A stretch of 64,000 nucleotides of DNA. It comes from Paecilomyces variotii (lineage: Eukaryota). The notes beneath the pieces were generated by a model. That model was not told where the DNA came from. It did no database searches and was given only the letters and a program-made list of their open reading frames with translations. Location of the stretch: NCBI GenBank assembly GCA_004022145.1, contig RCNU01000002.1. One strand, written 5' to 3'. Below are positions 36,126 to 49,991 of this stretch, in pieces. A program made the translations under genes and the position numbers. The stretch's first letter is position 1, and each line of letters opens with the position of its first letter.

Positions 36126-39117
36126 TTTGGGATCCTGGCCAGCGCACCTCGATGACAGTAATGGGATATGGCGAAAAGAAAAAAGAAAAGCAATTCAACC
36201 TGATAACTGTTCGGATCTTCGGATGGCTGGAGGACTTAGTACGACGCTGTCATAGTGTTCTTCGTGACGGTTGTAACGCGTATTGCGCAGGTGGTGACTC
36301 GACCGGCCAAGGATGCAGCGGGGACAACAGATCGGAAAGGAACGTGCGGTAAATAAAACAGCGAAAAAAAAAGAGGAGACCAGAGAGATCTCGACGAAGT
36401 GAATCTAATCTAACGAGAGACTGTGGCTCTAGCAATGGCAGGAACCGTGGATGAAGACGAACTCCAGCAACGAGTGGACTGGCACCAGTAGGAGAGAAGA
36501 TAGAAGAAAAGACGGGGGAGGCTGGCCAGCGCAGAAAGCAAAAAAGGCAGAAAGGCTGACGAGACACACGACCGGGGTCGACGGGCTAGCTGTGAGCGTA
36601 CTGTAATCTTCTATTAAAGCTGCGCGACGAGCACACTGGCGTGCTTGAGTCTTGAGGAAGCGAAAAGCCTGCTGGTCAGGGACAGCGCCGTATCTAAAAG
36701 GGGCCGGGCCGGCTGCATGGGACAAACAGCTTTCAGACGACTCCACTGCGGGTTATGCCCACGCTGTTGTTCGTCGCGCTTGGAGCTTTTTTCTTTAGAG
36801 AGATAGAGAGTCGACAGCCGGAAGAGGCGGGTCACTAGATTGACAACAGGTCGCTTGCTGGCAGTTTCAAGATTGCGTGCAGATGGTCGAGTTACTGGAC
36901 GGTGGTACGCGGTGGTATGGCGGTGGTTGGTATCGCGGAGCGTGGAGATAGTGATGCGGTTGGCATCAACCTGCAACACAACAGAACAAGACTGCTAGTT
37001 ACTCTACGCAGCTCGCCTCAGTCTCGCCTGTCAGATGCTGCAGAGCTTGACGTGGACAGCGCGGACGTCCAGGAAGTTGCCAAACGCAAGGTTAGTCTTT
37101 CTGTAAGTGCGAACCTGATAAAAATAATCATAATAAATATGGATCGACTAATAAGAATCTTCTCTGCGGGAAGGAGACCAGCACAGCACCCGACGCTTGA
37201 CAAGGCTTGGAGGATTATTAGAGACATCAGCAAGTCGTCTGTTGTTGGCAGTTCCCCTGAAGCGGGAAATGAGATCGGTTCCCTCCACCGTTCCTCCTCC
37301 ACTGAGAATGGCGGATCCTGGAGACCGTCGATCGCCGGGCGTTCGTCTAACAAGACGCTACCGCTGTTTCAGGACATCGAACCTCCTCTAGCTCTTCCGG
37401 TCCCTGGCTAAGAGTATCAACACCACCCGTTTCAACATATGGTATGGTTGTCGCTGTGAACCACGGTTCCTTTAGACCCTCCGTGGCATATAACTCCCGA
37501 GGGCTTCTATCCATGGTTCCCTAGATGGTGATATAATTTCATCCATGCTACCCCAGATCTAACCTCCATAACCTCATAATAATAAGATCTATCAACAGCC
37601 AGCTGCCGGACGAAATGAAAGTCGCTCAGATCACTGCAAGCCTCAACGCGGCAATCAAGGAGCAACCGCCATTAGCAGGCCCCGAGACGGGCGTCGTTCC
37701 CGGTACCTGCAGTTTCGCGCTGCATTAGCACGTCGACGGTCAGGATCTGTTTGGGGAAATTTGAGAGCGTGGCTTGGAGTTTTCTAGTTTTCTCCGGTTG
37801 GTGAACAGGCCCTCGTCGCTTCCGCCAAATGATGATTTTCCCGAGTTGCAGCGGGAAAACTCTACTGACGATCTGCGCTTGTCCCGTTCCTGGATCACTT
37901 TTATCTCCAGTTGGGAAATGAACATTTAGAAAAAGCCCCCGTGTGAGACTCTGGGAGCTTTTCAACACTCGCCTCTGCCTTCCTCCAGCAAGGATTGCAA
38001 TCAATCCATTCAGGTGAGTTCGCGGTCCTTGCGCTTATCGAAAAGACAGAGTGCTAGTTATGAGAAGAGGCCTCCTAATAATAATTAGTAATTATTTCTT
38101 TCTTACCTTAACTATAACTAGTTACGGTAATTTGTCGTGGTGTCCGCCCAGGCTCAGTCGTCCTCTGTGTGATTTAGGCTCTACTCTAGGGCAGTCCAGA
38201 ATCCTGTTCCAGCTATTCTATAAAAGGTCTCTCGCCCGATACATCACGTAATATACGTTCTTCTGGATGGGTGTCTAGCGTCTATCATGCAGCGTGGATT
38301 GACTGAATCGAAGCTCAGAAGCTTCGAACGCACTTTGTTCAGTGCCACCGGAAAGATATGTCACCATTAGACTAGGCTATTGTATCACAAATAATGACAG
38401 TCCAGGTATCCTAAGTGAAGTCGACTACCAAGCAAGGATAATTGGCCAACGACATAAGTAAATATAAATATTAGGAAGTCCAATCACGCACAACGTAGGC
38501 CTGCATTTCTATTTTGAGGTTATAGTCGATATAATAAGCCAGCGGAATCCCTGCTTTCGCTGGGCCTTACTGGGCGGCGCCAAGTTTTGTGATTATTATT
38601 GGACTCGGAGTATCGTCATTATTATTTACTGTCACGGTGTCAGTATTCATCTACAATTCTGGGGCGCGCCCACAGTGGATCAAACATAGTGGACGGGGCA
38701 GGCACAAGGTCGAACTTGGAAGACCCTAGCTGGTCCCTATGGGGTTCATGCGAACGAAATAATAATCACATAGCACAGGTCTTTTAGATCCTTGATAGAA
38801 GACTTACTCCAGATAATGCCATCCTACATGATGCTTCACGTCCTACTCCGTACACACAGCCGGAGTGTAATCATGTGAACTCCAAAGCGGGAAGTGAAAG
38901 GGCAGTCATGTGATGAGCTCGTTCTCCGACTCAGCCTCTCAACGTCATGATATCAGGCACCAGAGTAAACCCCCACCTGTCTCTTTATTGCCATCAGTAC
39001 TTCTCGATATCTAGTATAGGTTGCTCTTTGGATTAGATTATTTTCCATCGTAACCAGCTCCCCCGATCGAATTACCGCAAGTTAGTCAGTGGCTATTCGA
39101 GCCCCGCTGCACCAGGA

Positions 39118-39644
39118 ATGTGCGGCTCAGACGTCTTCCTCGCCATATTGGCGGTATTCTTCCCTCCCATCGCAGGTAAGCGACGGTCATTTCCATCTCT
39201 TGTTCAGTCTCATAGTGTTGTCAAAGTTGCAAGTCTATTAACGAACGATACTAACTTTTCCAAGTCTGGATCAAGGTTGGCATCTGCACCGCAGACTCAA
39301 TCATCAACATCGCCCTCTGCTGTCTCGGATACGTTCCTGGCTTGATACACTCGTGGTATATCATCCTCAAGAATCCCGAGCCGGATTACGATGACCCCAA
39401 TTACGAGCCGCTGGAAGGCGGACGAGTGACATATTACTACGTCTCTCATCAGCCCGAGGGCCAGACTCGAGGTCGCGCAGGATACGGAGCCACCGAATCA
39501 ACTCAGCCTCGACCACCGCAGGCACCATCAACCACACCCCAATACCAAGGTGATGGTGGTGTTGGCAGCAGCGAGGGAGGAGTCCCGCCACCCCCGTATA
39601 CAGAGGTCATCAAGGGTGACCACAAGGTGCAGACCCATGATTAG
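39118..39644 (+). CDS. Pmp3/Sna (RCI2) family proteolipid with extended C-tail
   Basis: ILAVFFPPIA|VWIKVG...INIALCCLGYVPGLIHSWY across intron 39176-39264 (AAG acceptor); C-terminal PPPPY. Confidence 0.88.
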
Positions 39645-40414
39645 GGAACAAAGGGAAACTTGGTGGAGTTAGGGTGGTGGATAATATATGCTCACGACGA
39701 ATGATCGGTCTGATGTTCATACAGTGGGTGGACGGATGTTAAGCGCACTGACGACATCTTTCCAACGACATGGGTCCTTTCAGTGTTTATGATGTTGAAC
39801 GCACTAGATGACCCCATGCAAGATATTTACAACTACGCAGTCACGTCGGCACATAGTCTTGGAGAATCCAGGCTGTAGTCCCAGGTGACTGGAGGGTGGC
39901 AGATAATGCACGTGGGCCATTTTTTCAATAACGGGGTCATTCATTAATCGAAAGAGGCGTACAAGGATATACCAGGATCATGTCTACGTGTCTTTCCTGG
40001 TAGCAAGTCTATTCTAAGTAAATTTATTAATGTTTGTCTTCTGGCAGAGGAGTAATGACTGTGTCGATCCATTCTCTGGTCTCTCCAACCGAGTGATATG
40101 TTCCATTGAAGAATGGCCACAATATCAACTGAAAGATTGAAAGATTAGACCACAATGATTTCTGAGGACCCTTAATAGTCTAAATACTATGGAAATCGCC
40201 CTTCGCTGGGTGGAATCATGGGGTTTGGATGGAGGGCGGTATATACTTAGTTCGCTGTCCAATGACATGGGATCAGCGGGTGTTCCGCACCGGCCCTGAT
40301 AGGACTTCGCTCAACCGTCGAAGCTTCTCCGACTCCGAGGTACAACTTTCCGCAACGCTACCTCCCTCAACAGCACATCGAAGCTGGACTGCTCCTGTGC
40401 GCCAATACCCGGCG

Positions 40415-41944
40415 ATGCAGTCCATGCCATTGCTGCTTCGGCAGTCGCTTCGATCGAGCGTTGGTCTTGCGAAGGCCACACGTTCCATTCGCTCTCCGGT
40501 GCTTCTTCCCACGGGCCCGGAAGCGCTCTCTCTCGGGAGGAAATCCGCGCGGACGTTCTCTATTTGTCCACAATGTCAGTTCCGAACACAATCGGTATTT
40601 CGATTCTCCAGTGAGCAGGAGGATAAATTGAAGGAGGGGAAGCCGTTAGGGGAGGAAAAGAAGGATGTGAGCGAATTGGATCGGGTCAAGGGAGAACTAG
40701 AGACGGAGACAGGACTGACTGTGACGAAGGCTACGGAGAATGCAACACACGAGGAGCAACAGAAGAATACAGGATCTCAGGAGGGCTGGATCGGTCGCAG
40801 TCTTCCTTCCTACCTTGAAGATCACAGGTCGCAATTATCTAAGCGTTTCACAAACCTGATGGACAACCTTCAATCGAACGTCTTCATTGCGGGGCAGCGA
40901 TTGAATGACCTGACTGGATACTCTGCCATTGAGGCTCTCAAGAAAGAGATCCTTGACCAAGGTAAGACGAAATATGTGTCTAATCGCAGCGAAGTTCATT
41001 CCTAACTATGGGACCCCACAGAGAACCGAGTGAGGGAGACCCGTGCTCAGGTCCGCGAGGCGAAGGATGCCTATGCTGCCGCCATAAACCGCCGCTCAAC
41101 CTCTCAACGCGAGGTTAATGAGCTTCTTCAACGGAAACACGCATGGTCACCTTCAGACCTGGAGCGTTTCACACTGCTGTACCGGAATGATCACGCCAAT
41201 GAAGTCGCGGAAGCAGAGGCCCAAGAGGCGCTCTCTGTCGCTGAACAAGAGGCTGAGGAGGCAGCTGCACGATTGAGCAAGAGCATCCTCTCTCGTTACC
41301 ATGAAGAGCAAGTTTGGTCAGACAAGATTCGACGAATGAGTACATGGGGAACCTGGGGCCTGATGGGCGTCAACGTGCTCCTGTTCCTCGTTTTCCAGGT
41401 TGCCGTGGAACCATGGCGCCGTAAGCGCCTCGTGAAGGGCTTCGAGGAAAAAGTCATTGAAGCTTTAGAGAAGGAGAGAACTATCCTTCAGATCAAGGAG
41501 GCAACCGGCGCTTCTGAGGCCGCTGCAGCACCTGCGGTGCTGGCCGCCACAACGACTGCTCCTGCGCCGGCTGCCGATGTCGCTGCGGACGCTGTCGTCG
41601 CGGATGCTGTCGCCTCTGAGGCTGCTGCCTTAACAGCAGCATCCGAGGGAACAGAAACCGTCGATCTCACAAACACCGAGCAGGTCATAGCTCCTGCTGA
41701 GCAAGACACAATCTCCACTACAACAACGACATCATCTGAACTCCCGAAGTCAGATTACTGGCAATCCCAACTCCCCTCCACCCCTTCTTTCTCCATTGAA
41801 TCCTGGAAGCAGTGTATCCATGACCTATTCAGCGATCGGAGCATTGCTATCTCTCAGCGAGATCTCACCACAGTGACGATCCAAAGTGCCGCTGCTGGAG
41901 CCGCGATTATGGGCTTACTGATCGCTATTGTCCGCCCGCGCTGA
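40415..41944 (+). CDS. SHE9: Mitochondrial inner membrane protein She9/Mdm33
   Basis: Arg-rich presequence; [67 protein letters not shown]; one intron ~40962-41022. Confidence 0.93.
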
Positions 41945-42550
41945 GCAAGAGGAATTACATACCCATGTCCTATATTGATCCCTATATGTGGGAAGATAGA
42001 ATTGTAGATATCTTTTATTTTGTATCACTTAAACCCTTTTTTCTTCGTCATGAATCGTTTAGCAAAATTGCGCTCGCAGACCAGAGCTCAATGCATACAT
42101 TTTTCTTTTTTACTAGCCAACAACTCAATGTAGGACTACTCCTGAACTGGAAGGGTAGCTCGGTATATAGTCTCTCTATTGATTTTATTGATTCTCATCT
42201 TGTACATGGGTGACTTGACACATAAGGAGACTACAATAGACAGAACAAATGAAATGAAACATCTGAATGATATGCGGATAAAGGGAAAGCTAGTAAAGAC
42301 ACATGTAAATCAGACAAGCCGGCTGCCTCCACTCTCTTGTCTGACCGACCCCATAGATGTCGATGAACCAGGCTGCCAAAAAGCCAAGGGACGGGATTAC
42401 GGTCTATACCCTCCCCTGAATTTTTCTGCAGACAATGATACAGGCTCTATAAATTTCGTCTTTGTCCATATTGAAACACGTTTTTCATCCGGACAACCTC
42501 CTTGGAAACTGTGTCCGGAATCAAGTCCGCCCTGGATGTAGACGGACTGT

Positions 42551-43559
42551 TTAACCGATGACAAGGCTGTCCTCAGAGGGGAAGCTGTACTGAGGAATCT
42601 CGAGGTTCAGGGGAGCAGGACCCTTCCTGACACGGCCGGAGATATCGTAGTGGGAACCGTGGCAAGGGCAGAACCAACCACCGTAGTCACCAGCCTCACC
42701 AATGGGGACACAACCAAGGTGAGTGCAGACACCTATATGCAGAAAAAAAAAGCACGTTAGACCACCCGCTCCTGTCCTATTTCGAAATACCGTAACAATC
42801 CCGGTTCTCTCGAATCAGTCATGGAGAGAACACATACCAAGCATAACCAGCCATTCGGGCTTCTGCACACGGTCAGAGTCGGGCTGGGGATCCCGCAGAG
42901 TGGTCCACTCAAATTCCTCAGCCTCTTTGATCTCATCTGGAGTACGGTGACGGATGAAGACGGGCTTTCCACGCCACTTGATGATAACCTGTAGAGACCG
43001 GAAATTAGAAACTGAGAGTACTCTAGACAGATATGTAGTAATTGACACGTACGTTCTTTCCCTCAGGGATCGATCCGAGAGCGACTTCAACCTTGGCCTG
43101 GGCCAAGACATCGGCAGATGCAGACATGTTGACGAGGAAGTCTGTAAGCAAACATCAGCATTCGCCCTTAAAACCACCGCTGATATCCAAGCATATCATC
43201 CTTCGCCTATTATTTGCCCTCCCATCACAACTAGACACCGTGGATGCTGCAGGTGGTGACCTACCTTGCACTGTGGCCTTCGCACCGACCGCGCTCACCA
43301 GACCCATGCTTCCAGCCATGAAGTAGGAGAAGACCTTGTTCGTCGTGGGGGATCGCTTGGAAGCATACTTGCTGAAGTTAGGGATCTTGGTGGTATCGCT
43401 GTGCTCGTGAGTGCGGCCGAATGGGCTGTCGAAGGAGGACTTGGGCGCAGCATCCGCGACTCCTCTCTGCTGGCAAGCGGAAACGGCGGCGCGAGCGGCG
43501 GGCAGCTGTTGCCGCGCGCAGGTGCGCAGCAGAGCGCTCGAAGCGGAGGCGAGAGACAT
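42551..43559 (-). CDS. RIP1: Cytochrome bc1 Rieske iron-sulfur subunit
   Basis: [63 protein letters not shown]; three introns. Confidence 0.97.
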
Positions 43560-43736
43560 GGCGGGTGAGTAGAGAGGAAGGGAGATGCAATTGACGAGAA
43601 TCGCGAGTCGCGGGGAGGGACGGACGTCGGAGGTGGACGGTAGAGGGAGGATTTTCGAGGTTGGAGGTTGAAGTCGGACCCGGCCTTGGTGACGGTCAGT
43701 AACGTGCCAGAGCTTTCGTCCACCCGAAAACCCGGA

Positions 43737-43756
43737 ATCACGGCGCCCCTGATTGG
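43737..43756 (-). promoter_or_regulatory. Putative CBC:HapX bipartite site (CCAAT-N12-GAT) upstream of RIP1
   Basis: Minus strand reads CCAAT CAGGGGCGCCGT GAT, matching CSAAT-N12-RWT, ~180 nt upstream of the ATG. Confidence 0.6.
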
Positions 43757-44103
43757 CCGGCGTCCTCCCGCCCAGCGACTCTTCCGAATCCTCCATTATT
43801 ATCATCATCATTATTATTATCATTGCTGGAACAATCAATGGTCCTTCTTTCTACGGGCTACGATCAGAATGCCGTCGAGTCACAGCTTATCTTACTCGAT
43901 ATATGCATAGCGCAGCAGCGCCATCTCTCTCTATTGCCAAATACTAATGTCGAAAAAAAGAAATCGATCGCAAACCAGAATTCTCTCCCTGATGTGCCTG
44001 CCCATGACCGACCCAAATGCACCATAACCAAAAGACAGCAAAGCAGGAACTAACCCTTTCAACTCCACATATTATAATATGCACGCTATCATATCCATCA
44101 GCA

Positions 44104-44863
44104 CTATCCAGTCATCTCCACGTCGCGGTCTGACGGCCCACGGCCTTGGTCCTTGACGGTACGATCAACCATCAGAGTACTCAAGGAACCCGGACTCTGA
44201 CTGGTTATTCTTGGCTGCGACCCTATACTCTGATGATAATCATCGCTGTCGGTCCGGAGGATGGATATATCGCGAGGTCGCTCCACGCCATTTTCGGTCG
44301 GTTTCGTCCCGTTCAACGTGCGCTGACCCTTCTCGACGACTGCATTCTTGGCAGCTTCTTTGGCCTTCTTCTCCTTGAATTGTTTGTATGTGGTCGTCTT
44401 CGGTATGACGTCTGACAAGAATTCGAGATTGTCGATTCGTGACACCGCCGTTGCTACCGCTGGTCAGCATGGACACTGTAGTGCACCGTATTCCCTTTTA
44501 TTACCAAGATCTTTATATTGTAGTGTCTTTCGGGGCTTCCTTTCTGATTTGACAACATTGTGTCCTTGTTCCGCCAGATATTTGATAAACATCTCCTGTT
44601 TGTATGTGAGCCGATACCGTCTCTCGAATGGGAGAAACCGAGAAGCGCAGCGCATACTGTAGCTATTGCGATGGCGAAAGTAGCATTGTGAGAGCATTGT
44701 GTAATATCGTCATCAAGCTGAATGATCTTTTTAACCCTCGATACTAAACATTCGTCAGCGTCTAATGCTTAGAAAGTGCTGCTGCGGATCACGACTGACA
44801 GGGAAGGGCACTCTGGCCGGTTATTTCGTCAGAAGGCGTCGAGGCGCCGTTATTGGGAGGCAT
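44104..44863 (-). CDS. Histone-fold CBF/NF-Y-type protein (Dpb3/POLE4/CHRAC-like)
   Basis: SALP|..RVKKIIQLDDD, ATFAIAIAT|EMFIKYLAEQ, RKTLQYKDL|ATAVSRIDNLEFLSDVIP; about three introns. Confidence 0.8.
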
Positions 44864-45362
44864 GGCTCGATAAGAAACCGTATATCCAACGCACTGGTCC
44901 GAAAATTGTTGATCGAGAGGGGCAGAGGAGGGGCTGCGATTCCTGTTCTGTGGACGGTTGCAAGGCAATTAGAGAAATTGTTAAGAGACGTAGGAAGAAG
45001 AGATCTGGCGCGTGCGGTGTTCTAATCCACGGCACGCGAATTCGCCTCACAACTTACAAGTATAGGAACGTGCAAATGTGGTTCCTAAGGGGGACGTCTC
45101 TGCTTTAATGCCTGACTATAAAACTAAAATTTGAAGTCATCCCGTATAATAGCGTAGCTATTCGCCTGCCGTAACTCTAGATGAATCTATTGCACTCAAT
45201 AATAATCTATGACGATCTGGAATTTCAACGCGACGCCGACTCCGAACGCGGGAACCAATTTCACGTGCAGCAACGGTCGGAACTAGGCAGTCTACAACAC
45301 CGTCGCCCAAGCTCCATTAGGCACAAGTTCTTCTCAATTATGCGAATGACAGAGCCGATGTT

Positions 45363-48240
45363 ATGAGCCAGCGACAATTCTCGTCGACCTCCGCGCAACG
45401 GCTGTCTGTTGCGGCTGATCGTCGACTCCCGCGGAGGGTCTCATCAGGCCTCTCCGTTTCCGGGCAGGCCGACGATGAATCAGCGGCAAACGCACAGAAT
45501 CCAGCGCTCGTTGAGGAGATCAGGGAAATCAAGCGATATGAAGACTTTACAACGATAGACTGGGTCCAGGATGCGGTCCAGGAGCTATCCCGCAGACGGG
45601 CCAAGCGCAGGGAGGGGTCGGGCTTCTGGGACAAAGAAGGTACACTGGGATGGAGGCGCAAAGTTAGAGAATCCTACGATGCCGGTCAGACATGGCTGGT
45701 CGTTACGATTGTGGGAGCAGCTATTGGACTGAATTCAGCGTTCCTCAATATCGTGACAGAGTGGCTATCGGATGTCAAGCTCGGCTACTGTACCAGCGCA
45801 TTCTATTTGAATGAACAGTTCTGTTGCTGGGGTTCAGAAAATGGTCTGTACCATCCTCATAACTGGACCAAGATCACTGCAGTGCTAATGCCGTCGTAGG
45901 CTGTCCCGAATGGAGACATTGGAGCTCCATCGGGTTTCTAAATTATATCGCGTACTTTATCTTCGCGGTATGTCAACCCCATCTATCACACAACCATACC
46001 TAATCCATCATAGGTCCTATTCGCCTTTGTATCCGCTACCCTGGTCAAATCTTTCGCCCCTTATGCGGCCGGTTCTGGTATATCGGAAATCAAGTGCATC
46101 ATTGCGGGCTTCGTAATGAAAGGTTTCCTAGGGGCATGGACACTGCTGATAAAGTCCATCGGATTGCCTTTGGCAATAGCATCTGGACTCTCCGTTGGAA
46201 AGGAAGGACCAAGCGTCCACTTCGCAGTTTGCACTGGAAATGTTATATCTCGAGCTTTTAGCAAATACAGACTAAACGCCGCGAAGACGAGAGAAATCCT
46301 CACGGCTACAGCTGCGGCTGGTGTGGCTGTTGCGTTTGGCAGTCCGATAGGTGGTGTGCTATTTTCATTAGAGGTACGGCTTGCGCTATCAAAGCATCAA
46401 GTATAAGTCCTAATTGCTCTATAGGAGATGGCGTCCTATTTCCCACTGAAGACTTTATGGCGAAGTTATTTCTGTGCTCTTGTCGCAACCGGGGTACTAG
46501 CGGTATGTCTCTGTGCTTGTAATCCGTCGCAGGTTTCTAAATCTAATCGGTATTGCAGTTGATGAACCCTTTCAGAACGGGCCAGTTGGTCATGTTTCAG
46601 GTTCAATACGACCGTACATGGCACTTCTTTGAGCTTATCTTCTTCATCTTGATTGCAATTTTCGGTGGCTTGTATGGAGCTTTTGCGATAAAATGGAACT
46701 TACGAGCGCAGGCGTTTCGAAAGAAATATCTCTCACAGTATCCCGTCGTCGAAGCCACGGTTCTAGCAGGCCTTACTGCGCTCGTCTGTTATCCAAATAT
46801 GTTTCTCAGGATAAACATGACGGAAATGATGGAGATCCTGTTCCGCGAATGCGAGGGGGGTCACAACTATCATGGGCTTTGCGAGTGAGTCTATAAAAGC
46901 ATCATTGATGAAAACAGACCCTGACGTGTCTTCAGTGCCAACAATCGGTGGTCGATGGCTTTCTCTCTAGCAATTGCTACTGTCCTTCGTATCCTCCTTG
47001 TCATCATATCATACGGCTGCAAGGTGCCTGCTGGAATCTTTGTGCCATCGATGGCAATAGGCGCGACTTTTGGCCGGATGATCGGAATCTTTGTCCAGGC
47101 TTTACATGAATCATTCCCAAACTCAAAGTTCTTCTCCGCTTGCGACCCCGATGTGCCGTGTATCACCCCTGGCACTTATGCCTTTCTTGGTGCAGCAGCA
47201 GCTCTAAGTGGCATTATGCATCTTACAGTCTCTGTTACTGTAATCATGTTCGAATTGACGGGGGCGTTGACTTACATTCTCCCTACTATGGTGAGTCTTT
47301 ATCCTACCTGGCCTACATGGGTTCTACTTGGACAAATACTGACATTGATAAGATCGTCGTCGGTGTCACCAAGGCAGTTGGAGATCGCTTTGGCAAAGGA
47401 GGAATAGCAGATCGGATGATCTGGTTTAACGGCTTTCCCTTTCTGGACAATAAAGAAGATCATGTCTTCAACGTCCCAGTATCACACGCAATGACTAGCA
47501 ACCCGCTGTCGCTACCAGTCTCCGGCTTCCCTCTTCGAGAAGCCGAGCACCTGCTTAATGATAACAAATTCCAGGGCTTTCCTATTGTCGAGGACCGTAC
47601 TAGCAAAGTTCTGTTAGGGTATATTGGACGAACGGAATTGAGATTCGCCATTGAAAAGGCAAAACGTGAAGGACTGGTATCCCGAAACACGAAGTGCGTG
47701 TTCTCAAAGCAAGCTGCGGAGGAAGCTGTTGCGCATAGAGCTGAGCACCAGGCTCCGGTTACGTTTGATGATATTGAGACTTCGGCCGGCGCGCCAATCA
47801 TCGACTTCAGTCGCTACGTGGACCATACTCCCCTGTCCGTCCATCCTCGGCTCCCGCTAGAAACGGTGATGGAACTCTTCAAGAAAATGGGTCCTCGTGT
47901 TATCTTGGTCGAGCACCGCGGCCGTCTCAGCGGACTCGTGACCGTCAAGGATTGCCTGAAATACCAGTTCAAAGTGGAAGCCGAAGAACACGCCGTTGCT
48001 GCTACCAATCCATCCTGGCTCGGTGCTTCTGGCATCAATAATCAACCAGACAGTGCCGGCACGCTGGAAGAGAGGATATGGAACTCCTTCCTGTGGATTG
48101 GTACGAAACTGGGGCTATCATCTTCGCGTGTCCGCTTGGAATCGAGACCGAGAAGGCCACCGGGCAGAACACAGTCATCGTCACGAATCCTGGATGGGAC
48201 AGAACAGGACGAACCGAGGATTGAACTGACAGAAAGATAG
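45363..48240 (+). CDS. GEF1: CLC chloride channel / Cl-/H+ antiporter (Gef1-like) with CBS domains; start uncertain
   Basis: [49 protein letters not shown], then CBS pair; about six introns. Confidence 0.9.
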
Positions 48241-48503
48241 GTGGTATTATCGCTTTCTATGATACCTTATTCAATGTTGCATGTTATCAATGAGTGACGT
48301 CCCCATTTTATTCTTCTCTATGTCATCAACATTTGGATGGTTTGAAAAATATTAGATTCGAGAAATTAGATATCAAGGCCGGTTCGCATCGGCTCCCACT
48401 AGCTGCGAAATCAACTTTCAATATAGAGTGCAAATGCCCCTTACGCCACCTACAACAATAGAGCCACAGACAGCCGGAGCTCAAATCAAACCCAGTAAAA
48501 CAA

Positions 48504-49474
48504 TCACAACCTCACCACACCATTGTCACGACGACCTTCTCTCTTTCCGGACCCCCCTTCTTCCTCCACATCGCTCAAATCCTCATCTCCCCCCAACAAA
48601 GCAACATTCTCTCCTTCAACTCCGTCCTCACTCAGTCTTGCCGTCCTCCTACCAGTCGCATCAGCGGCGGTCGTGTCTTCTTTCCCAGACTCATCTCTCA
48701 TCCCAACCAGTATACATCCCGCACCCATCATCGCAGCACCCACCCACCACAGTCCACGGACCTTCTCACTAAACACAATCATTCCCAGTAGAGCGGTGAC
48801 GAAGAAATTGGCCGAGGTGTTGGTGATAGATACTTTGGTGGTTGATTGCGAAGCAGTCAGTGCGCGCGTGAAGAGCGCCCACATGATGAAGTTCGAGATG
48901 AGGTTTAGGGCGAAGCAGATCTGGCGGTGGATTGGGAATGTCAGTAATAAATTCCATTATTATAATGGAGTATGGCATGTCTCGGGTGGGAAGGTGTGTG
49001 TGAATTGCGTAAGTGATGGTGCAGATGTTCCCCAACGGGTGGAGTTGGGTATTATTCGTAAGAGAAACTCAGCGAGTAGGAACGTACCGCTCGAACAACG
49101 ATTTCAACGAATTCATCAGGTAGATGTAAGAAGTGCGAGATAGAGAGGGAAATCGAAGTTGTTAATTCGGTAGTTGTCCTATTTGTCAAGTTCAAAGGTA
49201 GTCAGTCATTGTCAGCCTGGAGCAAAGAAAGCCGCAGCTTTTTTCTTTCTTTTTGTCTTTCCTTTTTTTTTTTCTCCTATTACTGAGGTAAAGGAGATGA
49301 CAATTACTCGAAAATTCATTCGATAGAGTCTTTATGAAATGGTATAGTGAAGTATAGTTGGGGATGGAAACGGAGGACTTACAGCTTGGCAAACAATCCG
49401 TTCAACGCAGCGAACGTTCCACTGGCAATGGCCAGAACCAGCCACTTGGGCTGCGACGAGAGGGTGCTTCCCAT
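48504..49474 (-). CDS. TMEM42-like / DMT-superfamily small membrane protein
   Basis: Three exons reconstruct MGSTLSSQPKWLVLAIASGTFAALNGLFAK|LTTTELT...VVRA|ICFALNLISNFIMWALFTRAL...NTSANFFVTALLG..FSE...WWVGAAM. Confidence 0.78.
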
Positions 49475-49991
49475 ATCCGATGATCTCAATTAGATGGCAT
49501 GAACTTGAAATAGTAGCAGGTATCTGGGGATAGGCTCCCTTCAATGATCCGAGTGAGGCGCGACGCGAATGCGGAGGCGGAGGTCGTGTTGCTTAGATTG
49601 ATAAGGGGAGCGGAGTGGGGAAGTGTTCTAATGCTATCTAAAGTATGATCTGCAGTTCCTTTCAAGACATTTAAATCGGAACAAAGTAGTTAATATTACT
49701 TTTCATGAAGTAGAGAAGGATTAGAAATGATTATGTACAATTTTCTTTTCGATTGAATATACACACAACTGAATTATTGTAGTGAGTGGTAGGAGTGCTT
49801 TCCCTCGTCCTCTTCTTTTCCCAGCGCCGAGTGTTGATATTTTTCGACTTGGGATCTCATTAGGCGGAATGTCAGTGTCATTATTTCAGTACGCGATTCT
49901 TGTTCGTAAGTACCAAGTCTATCTCTGGCACAACTGGCGAGCAGCGATTTTCAGACGTCTCGGAATAGCAATTGTAAACTGCAGTGAGTCC

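Noticed and set aside
36250-39100. Several 100-170 aa ORFs in the spacer between the SH3 gene and the proteolipid
   Set aside because: No domain-like content, mostly non-ATG starts, no consistent splice structure.
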